Source of the DNA: an uncultured Thermoplasmata archaeon | Lineage (GTDB): Archaea > Thermoplasmatota > Thermoplasmata > Halarchaeoplasmatales > Halarchaeoplasmataceae | Direction of reading: 5' to 3' | Length of the DNA stretch: 64,000 nt | NCBI GenBank assembly: GCA_964516805.1 | Contig: CAZEXI010000005.1 | Coordinates: forward strand, 1,556 to 65,555 | Shown: piece by piece, positions 36,498 to 45,114 of the stretch | How the letters are laid out: each line of letters opens with the position of its first letter | Numbering within the stretch: position 1 is the stretch's first letter | The notes under the pieces: generated by a model | What the model was told of the DNA's origin: nothing | What the model saw: only the letters and a program-made list of their open reading frames with translations | The model's database searches: none | Made by a program: the position numbers and the translations under genes

Positions 36498-37465
36498 TCT
36501 TCTTTAAAATCACCTTTTGGTGTTTCCACCCTTTCTTCTATTATCTCTTTCATAACTTCTTTCTTGTTGATATCTTCTAGCTCAGCATCCACAGACAGTA
36601 ATATCCTGTGTGGAATTACCTTCATAGATATATTTTTAACATCATCTGGGATAAGATAATCCCTACCCTTTAGAACTGCATAGGCCTTGCTTGCATAAAG
36701 CAACTGTTCAGCTGCTCTTGGACTGGCACCTAGAACCAATTCTTCAACATTTCTAGTCTCTAAAATTATATCTCGTATATATCTTAGAATGGCTTCAGAA
36801 GCATATACATCTTTATGTAAACCGTTTATCGTATATCCAAATCCATCACTTATGGTCCTTACCTTTCCATAATCCACATCTTTTTGCTTCATCTTGAGCA
36901 TATCTAGCTCTTTTTCAGGTGATAGATAACCCATATCACTCTTTATCATGAACCTGTCAAGCTGAGCTTCTGGTAGAGGATAAACTCCTTCTGTTTCTAT
37001 GGGATTTCTAGTAGCGATCACCAGGAATGGATCGGGCAGTGTTAATGTTCTTCCTTCTATAGTTACCTGCTTCTCCTGCATCGCTTCAATGAGAGCTGAT
37101 TGAGTCTTTGGAGGAGCCCTGTTTATCTCATCAGCCATCAGAATCTGTGCAAATACAGGTCCTTTCCTTAATTCAAATTCGCTGTTCTTTTGATTATAAT
37201 AAAAATGTCCAGATATGTCTGCAGGAAGCATGTCCTGAGTAAATTGTATACGTTCGTAATCCAGTCCCATAACTTTAGTAAATACTTTGATCATAGTGGT
37301 TTTAGCGATACCTGGGACACCTTCAAGCAATATATGCCCCCCTGTCATCAAGCAGATCAAGAAATCATCAACTACATCATCATAACCAACTATTACTTTA
37401 CCTACTTCCTTTTTTACAGCCTCAAATTTTTTTCTATAATCTTTGAATTCGTTCAAATTTATCAA
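36494..37465 (-). CDS. moxR: MoxR-family AAA+ ATPase
   Basis: 323 aa. Walker A LLEGVPGIAKTT, Walker B ILMADEINRAPPKTQSALIEAMQE and the ATRNP motif. Confidence 0.9.
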   Translation of the reverse strand: MINLNEFKDYRKKFEAVKKEVGKVIVGYDDVVDDFLICLMTGGHILLEGVPGIAKTTMIKVFTKVMGLDYERIQFTQDMLPADISGHFYYNQKNSEFELRKGPVFAQILMADEINRAPPKTQSALIEAMQEKQVTIEGRTLTLPDPFLVIATRNPIETEGVYPLPEAQLDRFMIKSDMGYLSPEKELDMLKMKQKDVDYGKVRTISDGFGYTINGLHKDVYASEAILRYIRDIILETRNVEELVLGASPRAAEQLLYASKAYAVLKGRDYLIPDDVKNISMKVIPHRILLSVDAELEDINKKEVMKEIIEERVETPKGDFKED

Positions 37466-38568
37466 GCTCCTTCATCCTGTGGTTCTTTAAATTTATCATA
37501 AATCATCTTAAGTTTATCTCTATCCCATTGTGGATGTTCTTCCATCAAACCGTCAATAATATCGTCGTCTTCTTCATTATGTACAAATATCGATAACATA
37601 AACATTACAGCTTTTATTATAATGTTTTTGAAACCTGGTACTACTAGGAACAGAGATACACCCAACCCTATCACTACGATCAAAGATGTGATCAACTTAG
37701 AAGGATACTTACCTCTGTATACCATACCCTGGATAAGATTAACTTCTCTATGGCTTTCATCGAATATCACATTTTCTCTATCCGATGATGCATAATTCAA
37801 AATATTGTTTGTTAAAACTTTATTATCAAGTTCTTCACGCATCGAATTGATGAAGATACTGGGATCTGAAACCAATATCAATTCACCTTGACCATACTCT
37901 TCCATGGTAAGAAGAGGAACATTTCTTCTCTTTTCTCCCGGATCGTGCATTCCATTGTTATTTCTATCAATCCAAGATGCTTCTGAAGTGTTCAGGTAAG
38001 ATGTTGAATTTTTATCTGGAATTATACCAGTCGGTTTATTTAGAAGAACATGCGATACATTTTTAGTAATCTCACTATCACGTATGTTATAAGCTACACC
38101 AAAATCAGGTTTTTTCTCAAACGACAGGTCTAAAACTGGTTTTCCTATAAATCTAGAACTAGTATTCAATTTCTTTAACAAAGAATTGCCCTCACCAAAA
38201 TCGTCTGATAAAACAACTATACCTCCTTTACTAATAAAGGAATGTATATAATCAGCTTCGCTTTCAGTAAATCTTTCTTTGGGTCCTAGTATCACTAACG
38301 AAGAACTATTAGCATCTATTGAATACGAGGTTAACTCCTTCTGTGTGACCTCCATAGATTCTCCATTTTCAAGTTTTAAATTTCTGGTAAATTTCCCCAT
38401 CTCGTTAGTTTTTACAGCTAAATCACTACATCCATTCCAACCAGGATTATATACACTGAAATCTGCATCTGTTGTTAGTACAGGAGCAGACAAAGAAAAG
38501 AAGAGTATCAATAAAACTATAGATGCTACGATGATGTATAGTGTAACTTTCTTTAAGAAATCGTTCAC
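37462..38568 (-). CDS. DUF4350-like membrane-anchored protein
   Basis: 368 aa with an N-terminal TM, an extracytoplasmic domain (LVILGPKERFTESEADYIHSFISKGGIVVLSDDFG), a C-terminal TM and a short tail. It overlaps both neighbours by 4 nt. Confidence 0.55.
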   Translation of the reverse strand: MNDFLKKVTLYIIVASIVLLILFFSLSAPVLTTDADFSVYNPGWNGCSDLAVKTNEMGKFTRNLKLENGESMEVTQKELTSYSIDANSSSLVILGPKERFTESEADYIHSFISKGGIVVLSDDFGEGNSLLKKLNTSSRFIGKPVLDLSFEKKPDFGVAYNIRDSEITKNVSHVLLNKPTGIIPDKNSTSYLNTSEASWIDRNNNGMHDPGEKRRNVPLLTMEEYGQGELILVSDPSIFINSMREELDNKVLTNNILNYASSDRENVIFDESHREVNLIQGMVYRGKYPSKLITSLIVVIGLGVSLFLVVPGFKNIIIKAVMFMLSIFVHNEEDDDIIDGLMEEHPQWDRDKLKMIYDKFKEPQDEGA

Positions 38569-40634
38569 AATAACACCTCCTCTTCAACTTTATTCAATGA
38601 ACTATTAAATGATTCTATCTCAGAAGTGGATAAAGATTCCTGAGTGAAATAAGCCTTTTCGAATATATTTGTTATCTTTTTCAATTCTTCATCCAGCCCT
38701 ATCTTTCTAGAAAGGTCTTTCAACAGATCACGATGAGTAGTTCCTTTTTTGACATCCACTATACCGCGTTTTTCGAGTTTATTTATCAGATGTCCATAAA
38801 CATAAGGCACTTCATCCTTGTTTTTAACCTGGGTTAAAACAGGTTCTTCTTTACTATCTATTAAATCCCTCTCTGTGCCCTTCTCTTTTTTCTCGACATC
38901 TTCATTTTTCCTTCTCTTTAGATATAGATAAACCAATAAAGTAAATATGCCTGCTGATAAAACAAATATAAGGACTATCAATTCTTTAAATTTGAACAGT
39001 TCAAATATATTATCTTCATCACTATCCCTTTCATCTATAATAAATGAATCATCACCTATGAACAGTCGTATTGTGTTAGTTTCAGACCGCCTATATTTAT
39101 TGGTCCCTTCAAAAACTGCTTTTATTCTGTGATTACCCTTTTCTAAATCTAAATCATCGATATGCAATGATAAATTATAGGAACCGTTGGCAGTTGTATT
39201 TGCTCCATTAATCTTTTTTTCATCGATAAGGATTTCTACTTCAAAGCCTCCGATCCCCTCTTTTGAACTTCTATTGATTAGATTTCCAGTCAATGGTAAT
39301 GGCCTTTCTAGATCATGTTTTCCCGATATTTTTGCTTTAAGGTTCAATTCAGTCGGGATATCCCTCTTGAAACTAATAAGATCATTTGAATATGAAACAG
39401 TTTCATTGCCTGGATATTCCAGCGTAAGATTATGCATACCCCATCCGAAATCTTCTGAACTTAATTTGAATCTAAAAGATCCATTATTTTCAACATCAAT
39501 TTCACCATTAAAATCTGTTAACAGATCTATACCTGATTTATCTATTGGGGCTTTGCAATTGAATGAACCTTCAATCTCAATAATCTCTCTATGATAGTGG
39601 TTTCTGTCAGATTCAACGTAAATATCAGAAGGCCATTTTCTAATATCTACTGTAATATTGCTTGAGGAAACGTTTCTAGAAGGTGATTCAACTCTAAAAT
39701 TCTTTATACCAAGCTTGCTATCCCAGGGGATTTTCATCTCTGTTTGATAATGTCCTCTTTCATCTGTTTTAAGAGCATCTACCTTTTCCTCATCAATGTA
39801 CAATTCAACAGTTGTATTTTCTATATATTCACCGCCTTTGACCAGGAATCCCTGTAATCCATAGCTCTCGCCAGGATGTAAAATTTCCTGGACATACAAA
39901 GTAATGGATAACGGTAAATCTTTGTACTTATTTAATATATCATCTAAAATTTCTCTATAATCATCTATCAATCCATAACAACTGCTGATCCTTTCTTTCA
40001 AAGTTTCGATATCAAAAACTGAAGTATCAAGAGAACTATAACTTTCCCCTATACTTTGTAAGTATTTATTCATCCTTTCCAGATTATAAGATGCGTCGTT
40101 GAAACTCTCTGTGCCTTTAAAAGAATCTTCTGGAGAAGAGGGTCCCATGCTCTCATTATTGAAATGATCTATCACTACAGAAACATTTTCTATAAAATAA
40201 CTATGACTTTTAATAAAATTCGTGAGATTAACAGACATCAAGTAAAAAGGCTGATAATTTTTTCTAACATACTCGTAACTTGAAACTTCTCCTTTTATCT
40301 TTGACAATAGATCATGAGCATCTAACAAATTTTCTTCTATTTCTTTACTCAGATCAAAAGATTTATTCAATTCATCTTGACTATAGGTGCAATTAAAAGA
40401 ACCCATAGTTCCTTCTTTAGTATTATTTTCTACTGACAAATTGACTTTCAGAGTATTGTCCAAAGAATCGACCATCTGTTCTTTGGTTCTATTCAAAGAA
40501 GCATAAAGAGCTTTTAAATCAGTTCTTGCCTTTTCGAAATATTCATGACTATCTGAAGCTGATGCAAATCCAACAAATGAGGACAGAATCAAAATTAACA
40601 TTAAAGTTCCGGAAAATATTTTCTTAAATTCCAA
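38565..40634 (-). CDS. large secreted/membrane-anchored protein: signal peptide, helical region, Ig-like beta-sandwich repeats, TM, cytoplasmic DUF4129-like tail
   Basis: 689 aa. Signal peptide ends ...FASASD. At least two carboxypeptidase-regulatory-like repeats are present (NTTVELYIDEEKVDALKTDERGHY; FEVEILIDEKKINGANTTANGSY). TM is LIVLIFVLSAGIFTLLVYLYL. The tail ends ...NIFEKAYFTQESLS. Confidence 0.55.
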   Translation of the reverse strand: MEFKKIFSGTLMLILILSSFVGFASASDSHEYFEKARTDLKALYASLNRTKEQMVDSLDNTLKVNLSVENNTKEGTMGSFNCTYSQDELNKSFDLSKEIEENLLDAHDLLSKIKGEVSSYEYVRKNYQPFYLMSVNLTNFIKSHSYFIENVSVVIDHFNNESMGPSSPEDSFKGTESFNDASYNLERMNKYLQSIGESYSSLDTSVFDIETLKERISSCYGLIDDYREILDDILNKYKDLPLSITLYVQEILHPGESYGLQGFLVKGGEYIENTTVELYIDEEKVDALKTDERGHYQTEMKIPWDSKLGIKNFRVESPSRNVSSSNITVDIRKWPSDIYVESDRNHYHREIIEIEGSFNCKAPIDKSGIDLLTDFNGEIDVENNGSFRFKLSSEDFGWGMHNLTLEYPGNETVSYSNDLISFKRDIPTELNLKAKISGKHDLERPLPLTGNLINRSSKEGIGGFEVEILIDEKKINGANTTANGSYNLSLHIDDLDLEKGNHRIKAVFEGTNKYRRSETNTIRLFIGDDSFIIDERDSDEDNIFELFKFKELIVLIFVLSAGIFTLLVYLYLKRRKNEDVEKKEKGTERDLIDSKEEPVLTQVKNKDEVPYVYGHLINKLEKRGIVDVKKGTTHRDLLKDLSRKIGLDEELKKITNIFEKAYFTQESLSTSEIESFNSSLNKVEEEVLL

Positions 40635-40785
40635 CCATCTTCACCTCTTGCACAACTTTTTCTTCGTCTCCATGTTTGGTCTGTATCATCTACTTATCAA
40701 ACCAAATCCTCCTGATAATTAAAGTTATCCGGTTAAAAACTTTTGCGATACTTTTATTATCCATGGCCTAAATTCACCTGAAAAG

Positions 40786-41532
40786 ATGAAAGTATCTAAA
40801 GTGTTAAGGCCAGAATATATCTCCAAAGTTATAGGAGCAGTCTTCATCATCATCGCTCTATATCTCTTCTTTTATACCAGTTATACCAATGCAGCACTAG
40901 CATCCGCTTTTATAGGCATATTTACGATATTGATAGTAAACGAACCAACTGTTGATGAATCAACAGCAAAAGCAGGTTTATCAAGCGGTGTAAAACCAAT
41001 AAACGATCTATTAAAAGATTTAGAGGTCAAAGGCACTGGTGTTTTCGTTCCCCCGATACGAAATCTGACTCGATCAAGAACATACATCCCTGCAGGAGAA
41101 CTAAAAGAACTACCCGATCTTTATGATGACATGAATGTTGTTTCTGGAGGAAGAGGAAACATGGGGATCTCCATAGAACCTATTGGAAAAACATTATTGG
41201 ATGAAGCAAAGAGCAAGATGGAATATGATATAGAGGGTGAAGGAATAGAAGCTTCAAGAGAAATAATGGGTCATCTATCACAAGGGATGGAGCTGGCGAA
41301 ATCTTTTAGTATAAGAGATGAAGAAAATTTCAAAATAAGAATAACACACGGTAAATACCTCGATTACTGTGAGAAGTTAAGAGAAGAATCTGAAGACATC
41401 TGCAAAAGGACCTGTTGTCCTATATGCAGTGCCTACATAACTGCTGCCTCTGAAGGGATCTCCAAACCTCTGAAAATAACTAGTCTTGAAAAAGAAGAAA
41501 AACATATCAAGATAGAGCTGGAGGAAGTTTGA
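40786..41532 (+). CDS. hypothetical membrane-anchored protein with C-terminal Cys cluster
   Basis: 248 aa with two N-terminal TM helices and a soluble domain ending with C-x9-C-x3-CC-x2-C. I recognised no family. Confidence 0.4.
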   Translation: MKVSKVLRPEYISKVIGAVFIIIALYLFFYTSYTNAALASAFIGIFTILIVNEPTVDESTAKAGLSSGVKPINDLLKDLEVKGTGVFVPPIRNLTRSRTYIPAGELKELPDLYDDMNVVSGGRGNMGISIEPIGKTLLDEAKSKMEYDIEGEGIEASREIMGHLSQGMELAKSFSIRDEENFKIRITHGKYLDYCEKLREESEDICKRTCCPICSAYITAASEGISKPLKITSLEKEEKHIKIELEEV

Positions 41533-41783
41533 TGCATATCTCACAGAAGATAGCATTAGCGATGACTGTGTGGGTGTCTCTAGTTCTTTTGATGGTTGGG
41601 GATCAAGGCTTCGATCTTTTTAGTATATTGATTCTAATTGGGTTACTTATATCAAGAGAACTTTCAAGCGTTTATATCAAACCGTCGCTGGCAGATAAAC
41701 TAGATGTATTCATACAAATCGGAATCATAGTTTTTATCGCCATCGTAGCCAGGAAAATACTGAGCATCCTGGGAATTTTCTAA
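41529..41783 (+). CDS. hypothetical small membrane protein
   Basis: 84 aa with 3 TM helices. Its start overlaps the upstream stop by 4 nt. Confidence 0.35.
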   Translation: MMHISQKIALAMTVWVSLVLLMVGDQGFDLFSILILIGLLISRELSSVYIKPSLADKLDVFIQIGIIVFIAIVARKILSILGIF

Positions 41784-42787
41784 ATATATTCTTCAACTGC
41801 ATCTAGAAATATATCATTTATTTCTCTTGTAGCAACTGTAACTCTGATATAATTTTCCAACTTTTCATCATCAAATACCCGGATCCTGATACCTTCTTCT
41901 AAGAGGTCCTCGTACAATTTATGAGAATTAACTCCTGCTGGAACTCTTGCAAAAACAAAATTTGTTTCAGAAGACATGGGATTGAATCCCATCTTTTCAA
42001 GTTCAAACTCGATATATTCACGTTCGTCTACTGTCTTTTGAACAGCCTCATCGACCATTTCTTTCCTGTCCAAAGCAGAACAAGCTGCAGATAAAGAAAG
42101 AGAATTTACATTATAAGGTAACATATTTGAAAGAATCTCTACCCCTTTTTCGTCAGATGATATTGAATATCCAACCCTAGCACCAGCAAGTCCCCAAGCC
42201 TTTGAAAAAGTCTTTACGATTATCAGATTGGAATAATCCGAGATAAGATCGATATAGTTCTCTGATGAATACTCAGAATAAGCCTCGTCAACTATAATGG
42301 GTATTTCATGTTCTAATATTGAAATAAGATGTTTTCTATCGATGGATAACCCTGTTGGATTGTTTGGTGAACATAGGATGAGCCCATCTATTTCTTCTAA
42401 AAATTCAGTATGTGTAGGGACTGTGAAACTCGATGTCAAAGGTATTTCCATGATCTTCCTTTCATTCCTCCTTGCAAAAAAATTGTACATCTCATAAGAT
42501 GGTACGTATGTACCAATTATACCTTCCTGGGGTATTACTGTTTTATAGATCGTGTCCAGTATTGCATCAGAACCATTACCTACAACTATCTGATTTATAT
42601 GAACACCATAAAATTCTGCAAGTTTCTTTTTAAGTGATCTTGCACTTGGAGAAGGATACTCAGATAAACCAGAATCTAATTCACTCTTTATTTGTTCATA
42701 ATATTCCTCAGTAAGTAAGAAATTTTCATTCGAATCTAACGGAATCTCGTCTCCCTTTTCTGGATAAGTTACCTCTCTCTTAATCAT
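41780..42787 (-). CDS. hisC: histidinol-phosphate aminotransferase-like class II aminotransferase
   Basis: 335 aa. The PLP-lysine context is VKTFSKAWGLAGARVGY, with CSPNNPTG and VVDEAY motifs. Confidence 0.8.
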   Translation of the reverse strand: MIKREVTYPEKGDEIPLDSNENFLLTEEYYEQIKSELDSGLSEYPSPSARSLKKKLAEFYGVHINQIVVGNGSDAILDTIYKTVIPQEGIIGTYVPSYEMYNFFARRNERKIMEIPLTSSFTVPTHTEFLEEIDGLILCSPNNPTGLSIDRKHLISILEHEIPIIVDEAYSEYSSENYIDLISDYSNLIIVKTFSKAWGLAGARVGYSISSDEKGVEILSNMLPYNVNSLSLSAACSALDRKEMVDEAVQKTVDEREYIEFELEKMGFNPMSSETNFVFARVPAGVNSHKLYEDLLEEGIRIRVFDDEKLENYIRVTVATREINDIFLDAVEEYI

Positions 42788-42839
42788 CCCTTCAAGATTT
42801 TAGAAAACAGTTATAAATTTATTGTAAAAAATAAGGGTT

Positions 42840-45026
42840 TTAGAGGTAGGCTCTTTGAGCCTCTCTACCTTTTTCTTTTTCCTCGCGCTCTTCTATCTTC
42901 TTTTGTACTTTCTTCAATGCCTCATTGAAATGTCTTTTGTAAACTTTAGCGTCCTTTATACTTTCCTCTGTGAGCTCTTCACCTTCATCGACGAACTCTC
43001 TTATAGACAACATCACAGCCTCGTTGCAGATAGAAGCTATATCTGCACCACTCATATCATCTGTTTTATTTGCGAGCACATCCAGATTTACATCATCTGC
43101 TAGTGGTTTGTTTCTTGTATGAACTTTGAATATCTCTTTTCTTGCCTCTTTATCTGGTTTTTCTACCATGATATGTCTGTCGAACCTTCCTTGTCTCATA
43201 AGTGCTGGGTCAATAAGGTCTGGTCTGTTAGTAGCTGCTAGTACAACGACGTCATGTAGATCTTCCAACCCATCTAGTTCTGTAAGCAATTGTGATATCA
43301 CTCTTTCAGATACATTTGAATCAGATGATGCTCCTCTTCTAGGTGCCAATGCATCTATCTCGTCAAAGAATATTATCGTTGGTGCTGCTTGTCTTGCTTT
43401 CCTAAATGTTTCTCGTACTGCTTTTTCACTCTCGCCGACCCATTTAGAGAAGAACTCAGGTCCTTTCACCGATATAAAATTAGATTCACTTTCTCTTGCC
43501 ACTGCTTTAGCCATGAGTGTTTTACCTGTTCCTGGTGGACCGCTCATGAGTATCCCTTTTGGTACTTCAGCATCCATGTGTTCAAATACATCCGAGTACT
43601 TGATAGGCCATTCAACTGCTTCACGCAGTTCCTTTTTCGCTTCTTCCAATCCACCTACATTTTCCCATGTAACATCCGGTGTTTCTATAACAACTTCTCT
43701 CATCGCTGAAGGGTTCATCTCTCTTAAAGCTTTGTTGAAATGCTCTTCTCTGACCTCTAATTTCTCCAATATCTCCGGAGGTATCTGTTCAAGATCTAGA
43801 TCGATATCAGGCAATATCTCCCTTAGAGCGAGCATCGCTGCTTCCTTAGCTAGAGCTTCTATATCTGCACCGACGAAACCATGGGTATGAGATGATAATT
43901 CTTCTAGATTCACTTCGTCAGCCAATGGCATCCCTCTGGTATGGATCTCAAGTATCTCTTCTCTACCGTTTTTGTCAGGCATTCCGATCTCTATCTCTCT
44001 ATCGAATCTTCCTGGCCTTCTTAGTGCAGGATCCAGTGCATGGGACCTGTTGGTAGCACCTATGACTATTACCTTGCCTCTAGCCTCCAGACCATCCATC
44101 AGGGATAATAACTGAGCGACTATCCTTCTTTCTGTTTCTCCGGTAACTTCATCTCTTTTCGGTGCGATCGAGTCTATCTCATCTATGAATATTATCGAGG
44201 GTTGGTTCTCTTCTGCCTCCTCGAATATCTCTCTCAAACGTCCTTCACTTTCACCGTAGTACTTGGACATGATCTCTGGTCCGCCTATATTGTAGAAGTT
44301 AGCGTTTGTCTCACTGGCCACAGCTTTCGCCATCAGTGTTTTACCCGTGCCCGGTGGACCGTGAAGTAAAACTCCCTTTGGAGCTTCTATACCGACCTTA
44401 TCGAAAAGTTCTGGATGTCTTAATGGAAGCTCTACCATCTCTCTTACTTTCTCTATCTCTTTATCCAACCCACCGATATCTTCGTAAGAAACGCGTGGAA
44501 CTTTAGCTATCTCTTCTTTGCTGATCGGTTTCTCAGAAATGCTTACTTGTGTGACGTTTGGTTTGATTATCACAGCCTTAGAACCAGGTGAATAAGACTT
44601 GACAACTAGCTCGATCTTATTACCCATTATATTGAGTGTGATCGAATCTCCCTTTGTGATAGGCCGATCTCGTAATGCCTGCTGTCTGAGATACTCCTCC
44701 CCTCCCATCAGACGTATCGGTTGAGTAGGAGCAAAGGTTACCTTCTTAGCTGGTTTCGCATCAACTTTTTCTATACCCACCTTTTCATCTATCTTTACTC
44801 CAGCATTTCTTCTTGTCGGTCCATCTATCCTGATAACTCCGGTATTTCTATCTTTTTCCTCACCAGGCCATACTTTAGCTGCCGTCTGTTTTTCTCCATA
44901 AATCAGAATAATATCTCCGCTATTCAGACCAAGTTTTTCCTTAACTTCTGGATCTATCCTAGCTAAACCTCTCCCTACATCGCTTGATTTTGCCTCCGCA
45001 ACTTTCAATATTTTTTCCTTCGCCAT
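42840..45026 (-). CDS. cdc48: CDC48/VCP/p97 AAA+ ATPase
   Basis: 728 aa with an N-domain (LKVAEA...GRGLARID). Both the D1 and D2 cassettes have GPPGTGKT Walker A and DEID Walker B. The C-terminal ...RAYL is an HbYX-like tail. Confidence 0.95.
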   Translation of the reverse strand: MAKEKILKVAEAKSSDVGRGLARIDPEVKEKLGLNSGDIILIYGEKQTAAKVWPGEEKDRNTGVIRIDGPTRRNAGVKIDEKVGIEKVDAKPAKKVTFAPTQPIRLMGGEEYLRQQALRDRPITKGDSITLNIMGNKIELVVKSYSPGSKAVIIKPNVTQVSISEKPISKEEIAKVPRVSYEDIGGLDKEIEKVREMVELPLRHPELFDKVGIEAPKGVLLHGPPGTGKTLMAKAVASETNANFYNIGGPEIMSKYYGESEGRLREIFEEAEENQPSIIFIDEIDSIAPKRDEVTGETERRIVAQLLSLMDGLEARGKVIVIGATNRSHALDPALRRPGRFDREIEIGMPDKNGREEILEIHTRGMPLADEVNLEELSSHTHGFVGADIEALAKEAAMLALREILPDIDLDLEQIPPEILEKLEVREEHFNKALREMNPSAMREVVIETPDVTWENVGGLEEAKKELREAVEWPIKYSDVFEHMDAEVPKGILMSGPPGTGKTLMAKAVARESESNFISVKGPEFFSKWVGESEKAVRETFRKARQAAPTIIFFDEIDALAPRRGASSDSNVSERVISQLLTELDGLEDLHDVVVLAATNRPDLIDPALMRQGRFDRHIMVEKPDKEARKEIFKVHTRNKPLADDVNLDVLANKTDDMSGADIASICNEAVMLSIREFVDEGEELTEESIKDAKVYKRHFNEALKKVQKKIEEREEKEKGREAQRAYL

Positions 45027-45114
45027 AAATATCTACTCCAACAAACTTTACAACTCAAAGTTGTTATCTATTAGTTGTAAAACAATTACTAGAGGTTCTA
45101 TTTAAAAGTTTTCA

